DNA of 64,000 bases, taken from NCBI GenBank assembly GCA_016788825.1, contig JAEUSD010000001.1, forward strand, positions 19,391 to 83,390. The letters are read 5' to 3'. Source of the DNA: Candidatus Doudnabacteria bacterium (GTDB taxonomy: Bacteria; Patescibacteriota; Dojkabacteria; J137; JAEUSD01). Each line of letters begins with the position of its first letter. The first letter of the stretch is position 1. Below the pieces are notes generated by a model, which did not search any database, was not told the origin of the DNA, and worked only from the letters and a program-made list of their open reading frames with translations. A program made the position numbers and the translations under genes. Below, one piece after another: positions 48,465 to 57,154 of the stretch.

Positions 48465-50153
48465 ATGGAAAGTAACTATTCGGCTTTAGTGACTGAGCTC
48501 TATCGTTATGCTTTGTTTAAGCTTAGAAATAAAGAAAAAGCAGATGAAGCAGTGCAAGAGGTATTTGTCCGCTTACTAGCCTCTGATAAGCGTAATCTAA
48601 AGGATTTAGAGCTAAAACGTTGGTGCATAGGGATTTTGCGCAATGTTATTCTTGAAAGTTATAAGGAGGTAACAAACAGCCTCATGTATGAGGAAATAGA
48701 TACGACAGATCTTGAGGGCGAAACTATCTCAAGTGAATTACTGAAATCCGTATGGGTATGTCTAAACAACCTTGACGAAGAGAGTCGTGAAATAGTGACT
48801 TTAAAGGTATGGGATGAGCTCAAATTTGAAGAGATAGCTGAAGTTTTAGCGATGAACGCAAACACGATAAAGGCAAAATATTACCGAGCAATTGAAGATC
48901 TTAAAGCCATGCTAAACAAAGAACCTGACAGGAAAACGTATGCTGTGTCTTTACCTTTGTTACTTATGTTGCTTGCAAAGCTGAAAGACTCCAAGTTATT
49001 GCTACCGAATAGCACTTTATTTAAAGCATTAAATATTAATAACCACAGTATGGCTAAATTCTCTATTACTACCTTATCGCCTAAGACTATTGTAATTTAT
49101 GCTACTGTTCTGGCAACAGTGATTGTCGCGTCGGCAGCAATTGTTGTCAGCCTTGCTAATCAAGAGCGGTTCCCAAATCCGCAGATTCCCGTAGCTCCAT
49201 CAGTTAGTACCTCAGTTTCCACAACGACTAGTTCAACAATAACCCCCGAACAAGAAGATGTTGAAGTTATAAGTATGGATGATAAATGGAATATATATCG
49301 TTTTAACAAACTAGGTTTTTCAATTAGGATTCCCAAATACACAAACTACTTTTACGGCGGATGTGAGTATAAATCGAATGAGCCTCGACCGGGGAGCAGT
49401 TATCGACCAGTTACCACACTCACACCGGTTAGTTACTTTGTAGAGGGAAATAAGGTGTACTTCTTTCCAGAGTACGGGTACAAGTTAGGTGGACAAACAG
49501 ATACAGATATAGGCAATGGCGCACAGATAAGTAACTATAGCTCGTGTGATAGGGTAACTTTTACAAAAGATGAGGTGATGACCGAGATCTTTATGCTGTC
49601 TAGTTGGGTAATGTTATTCGAAGTGAACGAGGATGATGGACAGGTAATTTATGCCCCGATTGGTCAGGCATATACATTCTTTGATGGTGATAATGTAGGG
49701 CTGGATCAAGAAATCCATGATTCCATCGTGGTCCATACGGGTGAGTTTAAAGAGTGTAAGAATGGTAGTCTTTTGCTCACGATGACTATTCCAGGAGACT
49801 GGTCGTGTAACTCGACTGCAGGAGAGGTTGGAAAAGGGAATATGAGTACCAATCACAATGGATTTACGTTTGATAACCCTGAATTACCTTGGATTTGGAT
49901 TACTAGCCAAGGTCGTGGCCCAAACTGTATGCTCTGTACTTCTGGCACAGTATTTTTTGAAAACCCAGTATTGAAGGTGGTTAATTTTGAAGAAGAGGGG
50001 AAGGTAAAGGATATTATAGGGACCCTAAAAAGCTGGCCAGTAGCGGGAATATCTATTTCGATTAGGTTTCAAAATTCAACTGAGCCAACGTTGAAGCAAA
50101 AGGTACAGCTAGTAGAGGTGCTAAACAGTATCACGGGTGTTACGCTTGATTAA
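48465..50153 (+). CDS. ECF-type sigma-70 factor fused via TM segment(s) to a ~330-aa Cys-containing extracytoplasmic domain (paralogue of 27010..29676)
   Basis: 562 aa. Region 2 (LYRYALFKLRNKEKADEAVQEVFVRLL) and region 4 (EIVTLKVWDELKFEEIAEVLAMNANTIKAKYYRAI). Then hydrophobic segments (VSLPLLLMLLA; IVIYATVLATVIVASAAIVVSLA) and an extracytoplasmic domain with several Cys. Confidence 0.72.
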   Translation: MESNYSALVTELYRYALFKLRNKEKADEAVQEVFVRLLASDKRNLKDLELKRWCIGILRNVILESYKEVTNSLMYEEIDTTDLEGETISSELLKSVWVCLNNLDEESREIVTLKVWDELKFEEIAEVLAMNANTIKAKYYRAIEDLKAMLNKEPDRKTYAVSLPLLLMLLAKLKDSKLLLPNSTLFKALNINNHSMAKFSITTLSPKTIVIYATVLATVIVASAAIVVSLANQERFPNPQIPVAPSVSTSVSTTTSSTITPEQEDVEVISMDDKWNIYRFNKLGFSIRIPKYTNYFYGGCEYKSNEPRPGSSYRPVTTLTPVSYFVEGNKVYFFPEYGYKLGGQTDTDIGNGAQISNYSSCDRVTFTKDEVMTEIFMLSSWVMLFEVNEDDGQVIYAPIGQAYTFFDGDNVGLDQEIHDSIVVHTGEFKECKNGSLLLTMTIPGDWSCNSTAGEVGKGNMSTNHNGFTFDNPELPWIWITSQGRGPNCMLCTSGTVFFENPVLKVVNFEEEGKVKDIIGTLKSWPVAGISISIRFQNSTEPTLKQKVQLVEVLNSITGVTLD

Positions 50154-50266
50154 GTACGAAAGTATTAAACCTTACTGGCTAAGGCTTAGTATGGTTGATG
50201 TTTGACAGATATGTAACGACATATATATAATAAGAAATAGCTAAAAAGTTAGCTATAAGTACTGCT

Positions 50267-51073
50267 TTGCCTCAGCTAAATTCACTGCTTGTAAATATGT
50301 CTGTGCTAAGTTTGGTAGATTTGATCGGCTTTGAGGTGGGGTTCGACGAGCAAAATGAACGCTTAGACTATGATCCTCAAAGGGTGAGTTGTGCTGGCAT
50401 TTCGACTGTGAAGTTGAGTGATATCCCCGTGCTTTTGAACAAAGCTTTACGTTATCCCGAAACTGTTTATTCCTGCTACAGTGGCATTTCTCCATGCGGT
50501 GGAAATGTGTCTTGGCCTGAGGGCTATAGTTACGATGTTAGCGTGATTCCAGTTGGCTTGTTGGGTATCGAATTTGTAAAGACTCATGTCCACGAGACTG
50601 ATGATGCAAAGCAAGGTAAGGCATCAGTAGTCCAGGTTTTGAATGGGGATGTAACATTGCTAATGCAGAGGAATTTACCTAAAAAAGATATTTTCGATAT
50701 CGATACTAGGGTGGAAAGAGTGATTGTGGCTGATCTTCGAGCTGGGGATAAGCTGGCTATTCCAACTGGTTATATGTACACCTTTATAAATGCTGGGACA
50801 AGACCTGCAGTGTTTGGCCGTACATTCAGACGTGAACATATAATTGACTACAAAAAACGCCTACAACGCGAAAATGGGTTGGCTTATTATGTGATTGCCA
50901 AGAATGCACGCAAGGAACTTGTGGCCAACCCGAGGTATAGAAACATTCCTGCTCCTGAGCAGCCTGAGTTGGCGGAGATCAACAGAATGGCCAATTATGA
51001 GCCAGAGAATGAAACTGGGTTATTTGAGGAGGTGTGTGGGTCCCGCTACAAATTCTCTGATATGTGGAGTTGA
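50267..51073 (+). CDS. cupin-like protein (possibly cupin-type sugar-phosphate isomerase); tentative
   Basis: 268 aa. The segment PVGLLGIEFVKTHVHETDDAKQGKASVVQVLNG resembles cupin motif 1 (G..x5..HxH..E..G). No other motif is confident. Confidence 0.4.
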   Translation: MPQLNSLLVNMSVLSLVDLIGFEVGFDEQNERLDYDPQRVSCAGISTVKLSDIPVLLNKALRYPETVYSCYSGISPCGGNVSWPEGYSYDVSVIPVGLLGIEFVKTHVHETDDAKQGKASVVQVLNGDVTLLMQRNLPKKDIFDIDTRVERVIVADLRAGDKLAIPTGYMYTFINAGTRPAVFGRTFRREHIIDYKKRLQRENGLAYYVIAKNARKELVANPRYRNIPAPEQPELAEINRMANYEPENETGLFEEVCGSRYKFSDMWS

Positions 51074-51077
51074 ACGA

Positions 51078-52424
51078 CTAGTTTTTCACACTCGGCAGTG
51101 GGTCAGTTGACTGATTTCCAAAACCGCCAATAGGTCCAAAATCTGCAAAAGAATTATTCGCTGTTGTTGGAGCGATATCTGCACCTACTGGTGCTGGGTC
51201 AGGTGTGATAGTTTCTGTGGCAGCTGCCAATGGAGGTAGTTCGGGTTGGCTAACTTTTTCTGCTTGTTTTACATTCGTTGGTGGCTTGGGCGTAGAATCC
51301 AAGCCATCTGTCGTTTGTTCAGTCTTTGGGGTATGGTTAAAGACTTTTTGGTCTAAAGTCTGAGTGATTTTTTTCTCCGCATCGGTGACGTTCATATTCA
51401 GAGTTATTTCCGCCTGAATACTGTCTCCGACATAGTTATATTCTCCAAATAGCTTGCGAATGTTGACCTTGTCTTCTTGATAGGATGTCAGCACAAGTGT
51501 TTTTGTGTCATCCATGGGTATGAAAACGAAGCTTGCCCAGGTATCGCTAAGCTCGACGAGGGGGTTTTTATTTGGTGTAATTGGTTGATGCTTAAGTAAT
51601 TGTTGCGCCGTGTCCTTACTTACTTTGCTGAAAGCGATTTTATCTGAGTTTACTACCAGGTTTTGATAGATTTCTTGGCGAGATTTTGCCTCGATCAAAC
51701 TCAATGAAGAGAATACTTTATGCTGGGCATCGTCGTGATCCGCGCCCAAAGCGATAAGTTTTCCGACGTTCTGCCATGTAGATGCAGATGTGTACTTGTT
51801 GCGGAAAGCATTTGTCTTCCAATAGATGGCGGTCAATAGTTCTGTGGCGATCCCGTTCGGGATCGCCACATCCAATTCGTTGCTTGCAATCAAAATTGTT
51901 TCGGCATATGACTTAGCTTCTGGGTAAACCAAGTTCTGGTTTGCGTACTTCGTATTTTCTGCACGAAAATCGATGTTTGTGGTCGGGATCTTTGTCCAGA
52001 TCGACTTGTTCTCTGCGAGGATTTCTTCTAAGTCTTGCTGTGTCTTGATTCCGAGAGTGTAGATTGCTTTGTAGTCAGGCAGCCCTTGCTGGCTGTGAAT
52101 ATCCTGTGAGACAAGTTCTCCTGATTCTGTGAAAACTAGTAATTTTATTTCGTCAGCTGTTTCTTCCCATTTCACCTCTTTTACTTTGGCATCTCCGCGA
52201 GGAAGTCGAATACTAAAAAATCCGCTACTCAGTTTCTCAATAAATTTTATGCTGGCGGTAGAAACTAATTTGCCTAGTGTGGCAGAAGGGAATTTGCCAT
52301 TAACCATGACTTCTACTGAAGAGCCGGACTTTTCGGCTAGTAGCTTTGATAGTGCTACGGTACTGATAAGCTTGTCTACATCGAAGAATGTGATTTTGGT
52401 AATTACGAGTACTCGATCTGACAT
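51078..52424 (-). CDS. hypothetical protein with low-complexity Pro/Thr-rich C-terminus
   Basis: 448 aa. The N-terminal region is faintly DHH-phosphoesterase-like (VLVITKITFFDVDKLISTVALSKLL) but the DHH motifs are not intact. The C-terminal ~90 aa are low-complexity. Confidence 0.5.
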   Translation of the reverse strand: MSDRVLVITKITFFDVDKLISTVALSKLLAEKSGSSVEVMVNGKFPSATLGKLVSTASIKFIEKLSSGFFSIRLPRGDAKVKEVKWEETADEIKLLVFTESGELVSQDIHSQQGLPDYKAIYTLGIKTQQDLEEILAENKSIWTKIPTTNIDFRAENTKYANQNLVYPEAKSYAETILIASNELDVAIPNGIATELLTAIYWKTNAFRNKYTSASTWQNVGKLIALGADHDDAQHKVFSSLSLIEAKSRQEIYQNLVVNSDKIAFSKVSKDTAQQLLKHQPITPNKNPLVELSDTWASFVFIPMDDTKTLVLTSYQEDKVNIRKLFGEYNYVGDSIQAEITLNMNVTDAEKKITQTLDQKVFNHTPKTEQTTDGLDSTPKPPTNVKQAEKVSQPELPPLAAATETITPDPAPVGADIAPTTANNSFADFGPIGGFGNQSTDPLPSVKN

Positions 52425-52466
52425 TTTGCTCTAGCTAACCTGGTTAATGGATCATAACAGAAATAC

Positions 52467-53207
52467 GTGAACTTCCTCAAATATTTGTTAGAATTGAGGA
52501 TGGATTGGTTGAAAAGACAAGACAATGCATTGTATTGGTTGCTGGGAGTGAATGTGGGGCTCTTTGGTTTAATAATGTTACTCACTGCTGGCTTGGGGTT
52601 AAATGCAGAGGGGGCGTGGGGTTTGTTTCTTAATTTGTTTGGAAGTGTGAGTCGGGGGGAAGTTTTTGCTGGTGAGGTAGCTAGATTGGTAACTGCCAAT
52701 TTCTTGCATGCGGATTTGTTGCACTTGGCGAGCAATATGTATGGGTTGTGGTACTTGGGGGAAGCTGTTCAGCGGGTGTTTGGGCGCAAATGGTTATTTT
52801 CCACTTATGTGATCACAGGCGTGGCGGCCTCAGTGGTCACTGTGGCCGCCACGCCTTACCCTTCTGTGGGAGCTAGCGGGGCTGTATTTGGCTTGATGGG
52901 GATCTTGATCGGTGCTGCGTTGCGCAGGTCTCGTTATGGAGTGGATTTTCCTTTTGATTGGAGACAGATTCTCCCGCTGGTGCTTTACTCGTTATGGTTT
53001 GGTTTCTTGGCGGGGGGGACTATAAATAACTGGGCGCATATTGGGGGACTGGCTGTAGGGGGTTTGATGGGGTACTTGTTGCCGCGCAGAGATATCAACT
53101 CACATGTGTTCTGGGGGCGTGATGTAGCATTCTATTTCTCGGTGGTGTTGGTGGTGGTATGCTATATTCTGCAAGGTATATTTATATTTTCAACTTTGAG
53201 AGCATGA
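52467..53207 (+). CDS. rhomboid-family intramembrane serine protease
   Basis: 246 aa. Catalytic GASGAVFGLMG (Ser) and the His helix NWAHIGGLAVG. Six TM segments. Confidence 0.82.
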   Translation: MNFLKYLLELRMDWLKRQDNALYWLLGVNVGLFGLIMLLTAGLGLNAEGAWGLFLNLFGSVSRGEVFAGEVARLVTANFLHADLLHLASNMYGLWYLGEAVQRVFGRKWLFSTYVITGVAASVVTVAATPYPSVGASGAVFGLMGILIGAALRRSRYGVDFPFDWRQILPLVLYSLWFGFLAGGTINNWAHIGGLAVGGLMGYLLPRRDINSHVFWGRDVAFYFSVVLVVVCYILQGIFIFSTLRA

Positions 53208-53851
53208 ATTTACTTTTCTTAGGCCCGCCCGGAAGTGGTAAGGATACTCAGGCTGAACTTTTGGCGGCTGGTGGTGATTTTGTAGTGGTGTCTACTGGGC
53301 AAGTAATGCGGGATGGAATTGTGGCTGGAAGTGAGCTGGCCTTGCAGGCTAAGAGTTTTATGGATGAAGGGAAGTGGGTGCCAGATGAGATTGTATATAA
53401 GTTGTTGGCGGAGCATGTAAAGAGTCTTGGAGATAAGAGTATTATTTTCACAGGGGCGGTGCGCCGTGCAACTCAGATTCCTTTGTTAGAAGACTCGCTT
53501 GATGCTGTTGGCAAGAGTTTGGACAAAGTCTTGTATTTTGATCTTCCGGATGCCGAAGTGATGAATCGCCTTTCCAATAGATGGTTTTGTCCGCATGACA
53601 AAACCATCTACAACACGTATTTCAAATCTAGGTCTCCCAAGGTTGCTGGGGTTTGTGACAAATGTGGAAACCAACTCGTTCAACGTGATGATGACAAGCC
53701 AGAAGTCGTCCAGCAGCGGTTGGCTGAAGTACGCCAGTTTGATGCAGATATCTTAAGTGCTTATGAGGCTAAAGGACTTTTGGTGCATGTGGATGCTACA
53801 CCTAGTGTGGAAGATATTGCTGTTAAGGTGCGTGAACTTTTAGGACTATAA
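53204..53851 (+). CDS. adk: adenylate kinase (zinc-lid type)
   Basis: Start MNLLFLGPPGSGKDTQAELLA (P-loop). The ATG at 53204 overlaps the rhomboid TGA (ATGA). The LID has C-x2-D...C-x2-C, a metal-binding variant. The upstream extension in the ORF track (53159) is an ORF-finder artefact. Confidence 0.9.
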   Translation: MNLLFLGPPGSGKDTQAELLAAGGDFVVVSTGQVMRDGIVAGSELALQAKSFMDEGKWVPDEIVYKLLAEHVKSLGDKSIIFTGAVRRATQIPLLEDSLDAVGKSLDKVLYFDLPDAEVMNRLSNRWFCPHDKTIYNTYFKSRSPKVAGVCDKCGNQLVQRDDDKPEVVQQRLAEVRQFDADILSAYEAKGLLVHVDATPSVEDIAVKVRELLGL

Positions 53852-53854
53852 AAT

Positions 53855-55651
53855 ATGACAACGAAGCTAGAAATTCAAAAACTCCTCGCAGAGGCACTAC
53901 AAAAGTGTTTTGCTGTTAGCAAACAACCAGACCAGGTTCACCTTGAACGCCCAGCTGATTACTCCCATGGTGATTGGGCGAGCAATATCCCTATGGTTTT
54001 GGCGAAGGAGCTGAAGCAAAATCCAAAGCAAATAGCCGAAAAATTGGTTGCCGAGATTTCTGCAGATAAAGGCGCGTTGTTGCAAAGTGTAGAAGTTGCA
54101 GGTCCAGGGTTTATAAACTTCAGAGTACTAGATTCGGTACTGGTCGGAGAACTTGAGGAGATTGCGAGACTTAAAGAAAAGTTCGGACATCAACAAATAA
54201 ACTCAGGGAAAGTGATTCTAGTTGAGCATACCTCACCTAACCCGAACAAAGAATTTCACCTAGGACATTTAAAGAATAATGTTACAGGTCTTGCGGTTAG
54301 TTACCTACTTGAAGCATCTGGCGCAAAAATCTTTCGTGATTGTATAAACAATAATAGAGGGATAGCTATCGTTAAACTAATGTGGGGCTATCTACGATTC
54401 GGTCGAAAGGATGAAAAAGTCGTAACGGATGTTCATTACTGGTTTGAACACCAGCAAGAGTGGCATACTCCGGGATCAATCGGCTTAAAGCCAGATAGGT
54501 TCATGGATAAAATGTACACTTCGGGAGCACATGACTTCAAGAATTCTCCTGAGGTGGAGGGTATTTTGAGACAGATGTTACTAGATTGGGAAGCAGAAGA
54601 GCCTCACGTGTGGGCTTTGTGGAAATTAACTCAGGATTGGGTATGGGAGGGTTATGAGAGGTCTATAGGTAGGGTGGATGGGTTTAAATTTGACCGAATT
54701 TGGAACGAACATGAGATTTACAAGAAAGGAAAGGAACATGTATTGGCGGGTCTCGAAAAGGGGGTTTTCAAAAAGACAGAAGATGGGGCAATAGTGAGTG
54801 ATTTGAAGGAATTTAATCTGTCAGACACTATCTTAGTTCGTGGCGATGGAACAAGTCTTTACATAACCCAAGATATTGAGCTAACAAACTTGAAGAGAGA
54901 GACTTTTCATCCCGACCAAATGTTTTGGGTGATTGGTCCAGAGCAGAGCTTGGCAATGAAGCAGATGTTCGCTGTTTGCAGCTTGCTGGGGTTTGGGCGT
55001 TATGAAGATTTTCACCATATTTCTTATGGTTTCGTGTCGATTAGAAACGCAGAGGGTAAAGTATCGAAGATGAGTTCTAGGGATGGTACGGCAATTTATG
55101 TAGACGATCTTATCGATTTGGCGAAGGAAAAAGTACTTAATTATATTGATGAAAGCATTCTGGGTGAGGAACGAGATCAAATTGCTGAACAGGTCGCAAT
55201 AGGGGCGATAAAATATAGTCTTTTAAAAGTTTCTAGAACTACTGATCAGGTTTTTGATATCGATACAACACTAAGTTTGGAAGGTGATTCCGGTCCTTAC
55301 ATCCTATACTCTTATGCGAGGGCGCAGGCGATATTGAAGAAGTCAAATCTGCAGGAGTATTCGGTTGATACTGACTGGGAAATTTCCGAGATAGAGCGAG
55401 AGTTGATGCATAAGCTGAGCACCTTTCCTGAAGTAGTCTCTTTGGCTATTGAGATATACGCGCCAAATATTGTGGCGGGGTATGTCTATGAACTGGCCCA
55501 GATTTTTAACAATTTTTATACTCATACGATTATTCTTAAAGCTGAATCTGAGAAACTGAAGTTGAATAGGCTGATGCTTGTTAAGGGGTTTCAGCAGGTG
55601 ATGCATAATGCGTTAGGTATCCTCGGGATCGAACCGTTGGACAAGATGTAG
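53855..55651 (+). CDS. argS: arginyl-tRNA synthetase
   Basis: 598 aa. N-terminal Arg_tRNA_synt_N domain. Class I HIGH-type motif (PNPNKEFHLGHLKNNVTG). C-terminal DALR anticodon-binding domain (ends ...GIEPLDKM). Confidence 0.9.
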   Translation: MTTKLEIQKLLAEALQKCFAVSKQPDQVHLERPADYSHGDWASNIPMVLAKELKQNPKQIAEKLVAEISADKGALLQSVEVAGPGFINFRVLDSVLVGELEEIARLKEKFGHQQINSGKVILVEHTSPNPNKEFHLGHLKNNVTGLAVSYLLEASGAKIFRDCINNNRGIAIVKLMWGYLRFGRKDEKVVTDVHYWFEHQQEWHTPGSIGLKPDRFMDKMYTSGAHDFKNSPEVEGILRQMLLDWEAEEPHVWALWKLTQDWVWEGYERSIGRVDGFKFDRIWNEHEIYKKGKEHVLAGLEKGVFKKTEDGAIVSDLKEFNLSDTILVRGDGTSLYITQDIELTNLKRETFHPDQMFWVIGPEQSLAMKQMFAVCSLLGFGRYEDFHHISYGFVSIRNAEGKVSKMSSRDGTAIYVDDLIDLAKEKVLNYIDESILGEERDQIAEQVAIGAIKYSLLKVSRTTDQVFDIDTTLSLEGDSGPYILYSYARAQAILKKSNLQEYSVDTDWEISEIERELMHKLSTFPEVVSLAIEIYAPNIVAGYVYELAQIFNNFYTHTIILKAESEKLKLNRLMLVKGFQQVMHNALGILGIEPLDKM

Positions 55652-55681
55652 TAATTGCCTATTTGGGTGTAAAATGTAACT

Positions 55682-56104
55682 ATGAAAAGATTGTATCGAC
55701 CTAAAAAAGATCAAGTGATTGCCGGGGTATGTGCGGGCTTGGGGAGGTATTTTGAGGTAGACCCTATCTTTGTGCGGATTTTGTTTATCCTGTTTACCTT
55801 GGCTGGCGGTGGCGGCGTGCTACTGTATATCCTGCTGTGGGTAGTCATTCCCTCAGAAGATGCCGTCTCGCAAGAATTTGGTTCAACGGTGAAGGAAAAC
55901 AGTGCAGAGATCAAAGAAAAAGTGATGAACGTAGCCGCAAAGTGGGAAGATGGCCGCCACCGCCATATGTGGGGTTGGTTGGTGGTATTCTTAGGAGTCT
56001 TTTTGCTACTAAGTAACTTGGGTGCGTTTCAATGGTTTCGCCTTGACCTAGTATGGCCAATTTTGATCGTGACTTTAGGTCTGATTCTAATTGTTAAAAG
56101 ATAA
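55682..56104 (+). CDS. PspC-domain membrane protein
   Basis: 140 aa. N-terminal PspC domain (LYRPKKDQVIAGVCAGLGRYFEVDPIFVRILFIL) followed by TM helices. Confidence 0.75.
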   Translation: MKRLYRPKKDQVIAGVCAGLGRYFEVDPIFVRILFILFTLAGGGGVLLYILLWVVIPSEDAVSQEFGSTVKENSAEIKEKVMNVAAKWEDGRHRHMWGWLVVFLGVFLLLSNLGAFQWFRLDLVWPILIVTLGLILIVKR

Positions 56105-56106
56105 CA

Positions 56107-57060
56107 ATGTCCGCAAAGAATTACCGTGAGATAAGCAGTGCGTTGGTTTGGGGGTTGGGGTTGATAGGGGTAGGAATAGTTTTACTTCTAAATACAACCG
56201 GAACACTTAGTTGGGATATATGGCAAACTGTAGTTCAGTTTTGGCCAGTTGCGTTGATAATCGCCGGGTTGAACTCAGTCTTTGGCCACCGGAGATTGGG
56301 AGCAATCGTTGTGCCAGTGCTGGGACTTGGGATGCTTGGCTTCGCGTTCTTTTACTCCTACATCACGTTGCCCGGAAATGAGTGCTGCGTAATAGCACCT
56401 CCTGCTCCAGGTTCTTCTGCCCAGGTCTCTGTTCCTGATTCAGACAAAGGTGTGCAAGTAATGAATGTAGAACTAGATGTCGATAGCCAAAAGGTAGCCA
56501 TTAATGAAACGTCCTCCGGTAGCTTATTTACATTGAGCGGCATCATCCCTCAAGCAGAGTTAACAACTTGGCTCAAAAGCGAGGTGGATGGGGAAGTGGC
56601 AAATATCTTGGTCAAAAGCCCTGATAACAGTAAGCAGGTGGAAGGTGGGGTGAAGGTTGAGATTGCCACCAGGACTGCGGAGACAGCATTCGACCTTAAG
56701 TTATCAAGTTCAAGCCTGACTTTGGGATTGAAAGATTCTCAAGTTAAAGACTTCGAGCTAAATGCTAATTCCAGTTCAATAAACATCACACTTGATGGAA
56801 CTGCTGCCCCAACACAGACAAGTAGACTCGTTCTTAACTCCAGCCAGCTAAACATTAAGCTTCCAAAGAATGTAGGGTTCAAGGTGACTTATGAGGCAAA
56901 CAGTTCAAACGTAGTATTTGCTGGCGACGAAATATCTGGGAGAGGCGTGTATACCTCAGAGAATTATCAGGATGCAGATTTTAAGTGGGTAGTAGTACTG
57001 GATGCAAATAGCAGTAAGGTCTCCTTCTCATTTGATGCAGACAAGGCTACGAACCTATAA
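56107..57060 (+). CDS. membrane protein with C-terminal beta-rich adhesin-like domain (LiaF/DUF4097-like), partner of PspC
   Basis: 317 aa. Four N-terminal TM helices. The C-terminal ~200 aa are a repetitive beta-strand domain. It sits 3 bp downstream of the PspC-domain gene. Confidence 0.5.
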   Translation: MSAKNYREISSALVWGLGLIGVGIVLLLNTTGTLSWDIWQTVVQFWPVALIIAGLNSVFGHRRLGAIVVPVLGLGMLGFAFFYSYITLPGNECCVIAPPAPGSSAQVSVPDSDKGVQVMNVELDVDSQKVAINETSSGSLFTLSGIIPQAELTTWLKSEVDGEVANILVKSPDNSKQVEGGVKVEIATRTAETAFDLKLSSSSLTLGLKDSQVKDFELNANSSSINITLDGTAAPTQTSRLVLNSSQLNIKLPKNVGFKVTYEANSSNVVFAGDEISGRGVYTSENYQDADFKWVVVLDANSSKVSFSFDADKATNL

Positions 57061-57154
57061 GCCCAATTTGCTTTACTTTGAAGCTTTTGGTTAAAAAGTG
57101 TGGTGATGGTGCCTTTCCCGCTCGAAGGTGGGCCTCTGAAAATGTAAGTGTGTG

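Noticed and set aside
53159-53203. Upstream extension of the adk ORF overlapping the rhomboid gene
   Set aside because: The extension (MLYSARYIYIFNFES) lies within the rhomboid coding region in another frame. The conserved adenylate kinase P-loop starts right at the ATG at 53204, which overlaps the rhomboid stop.
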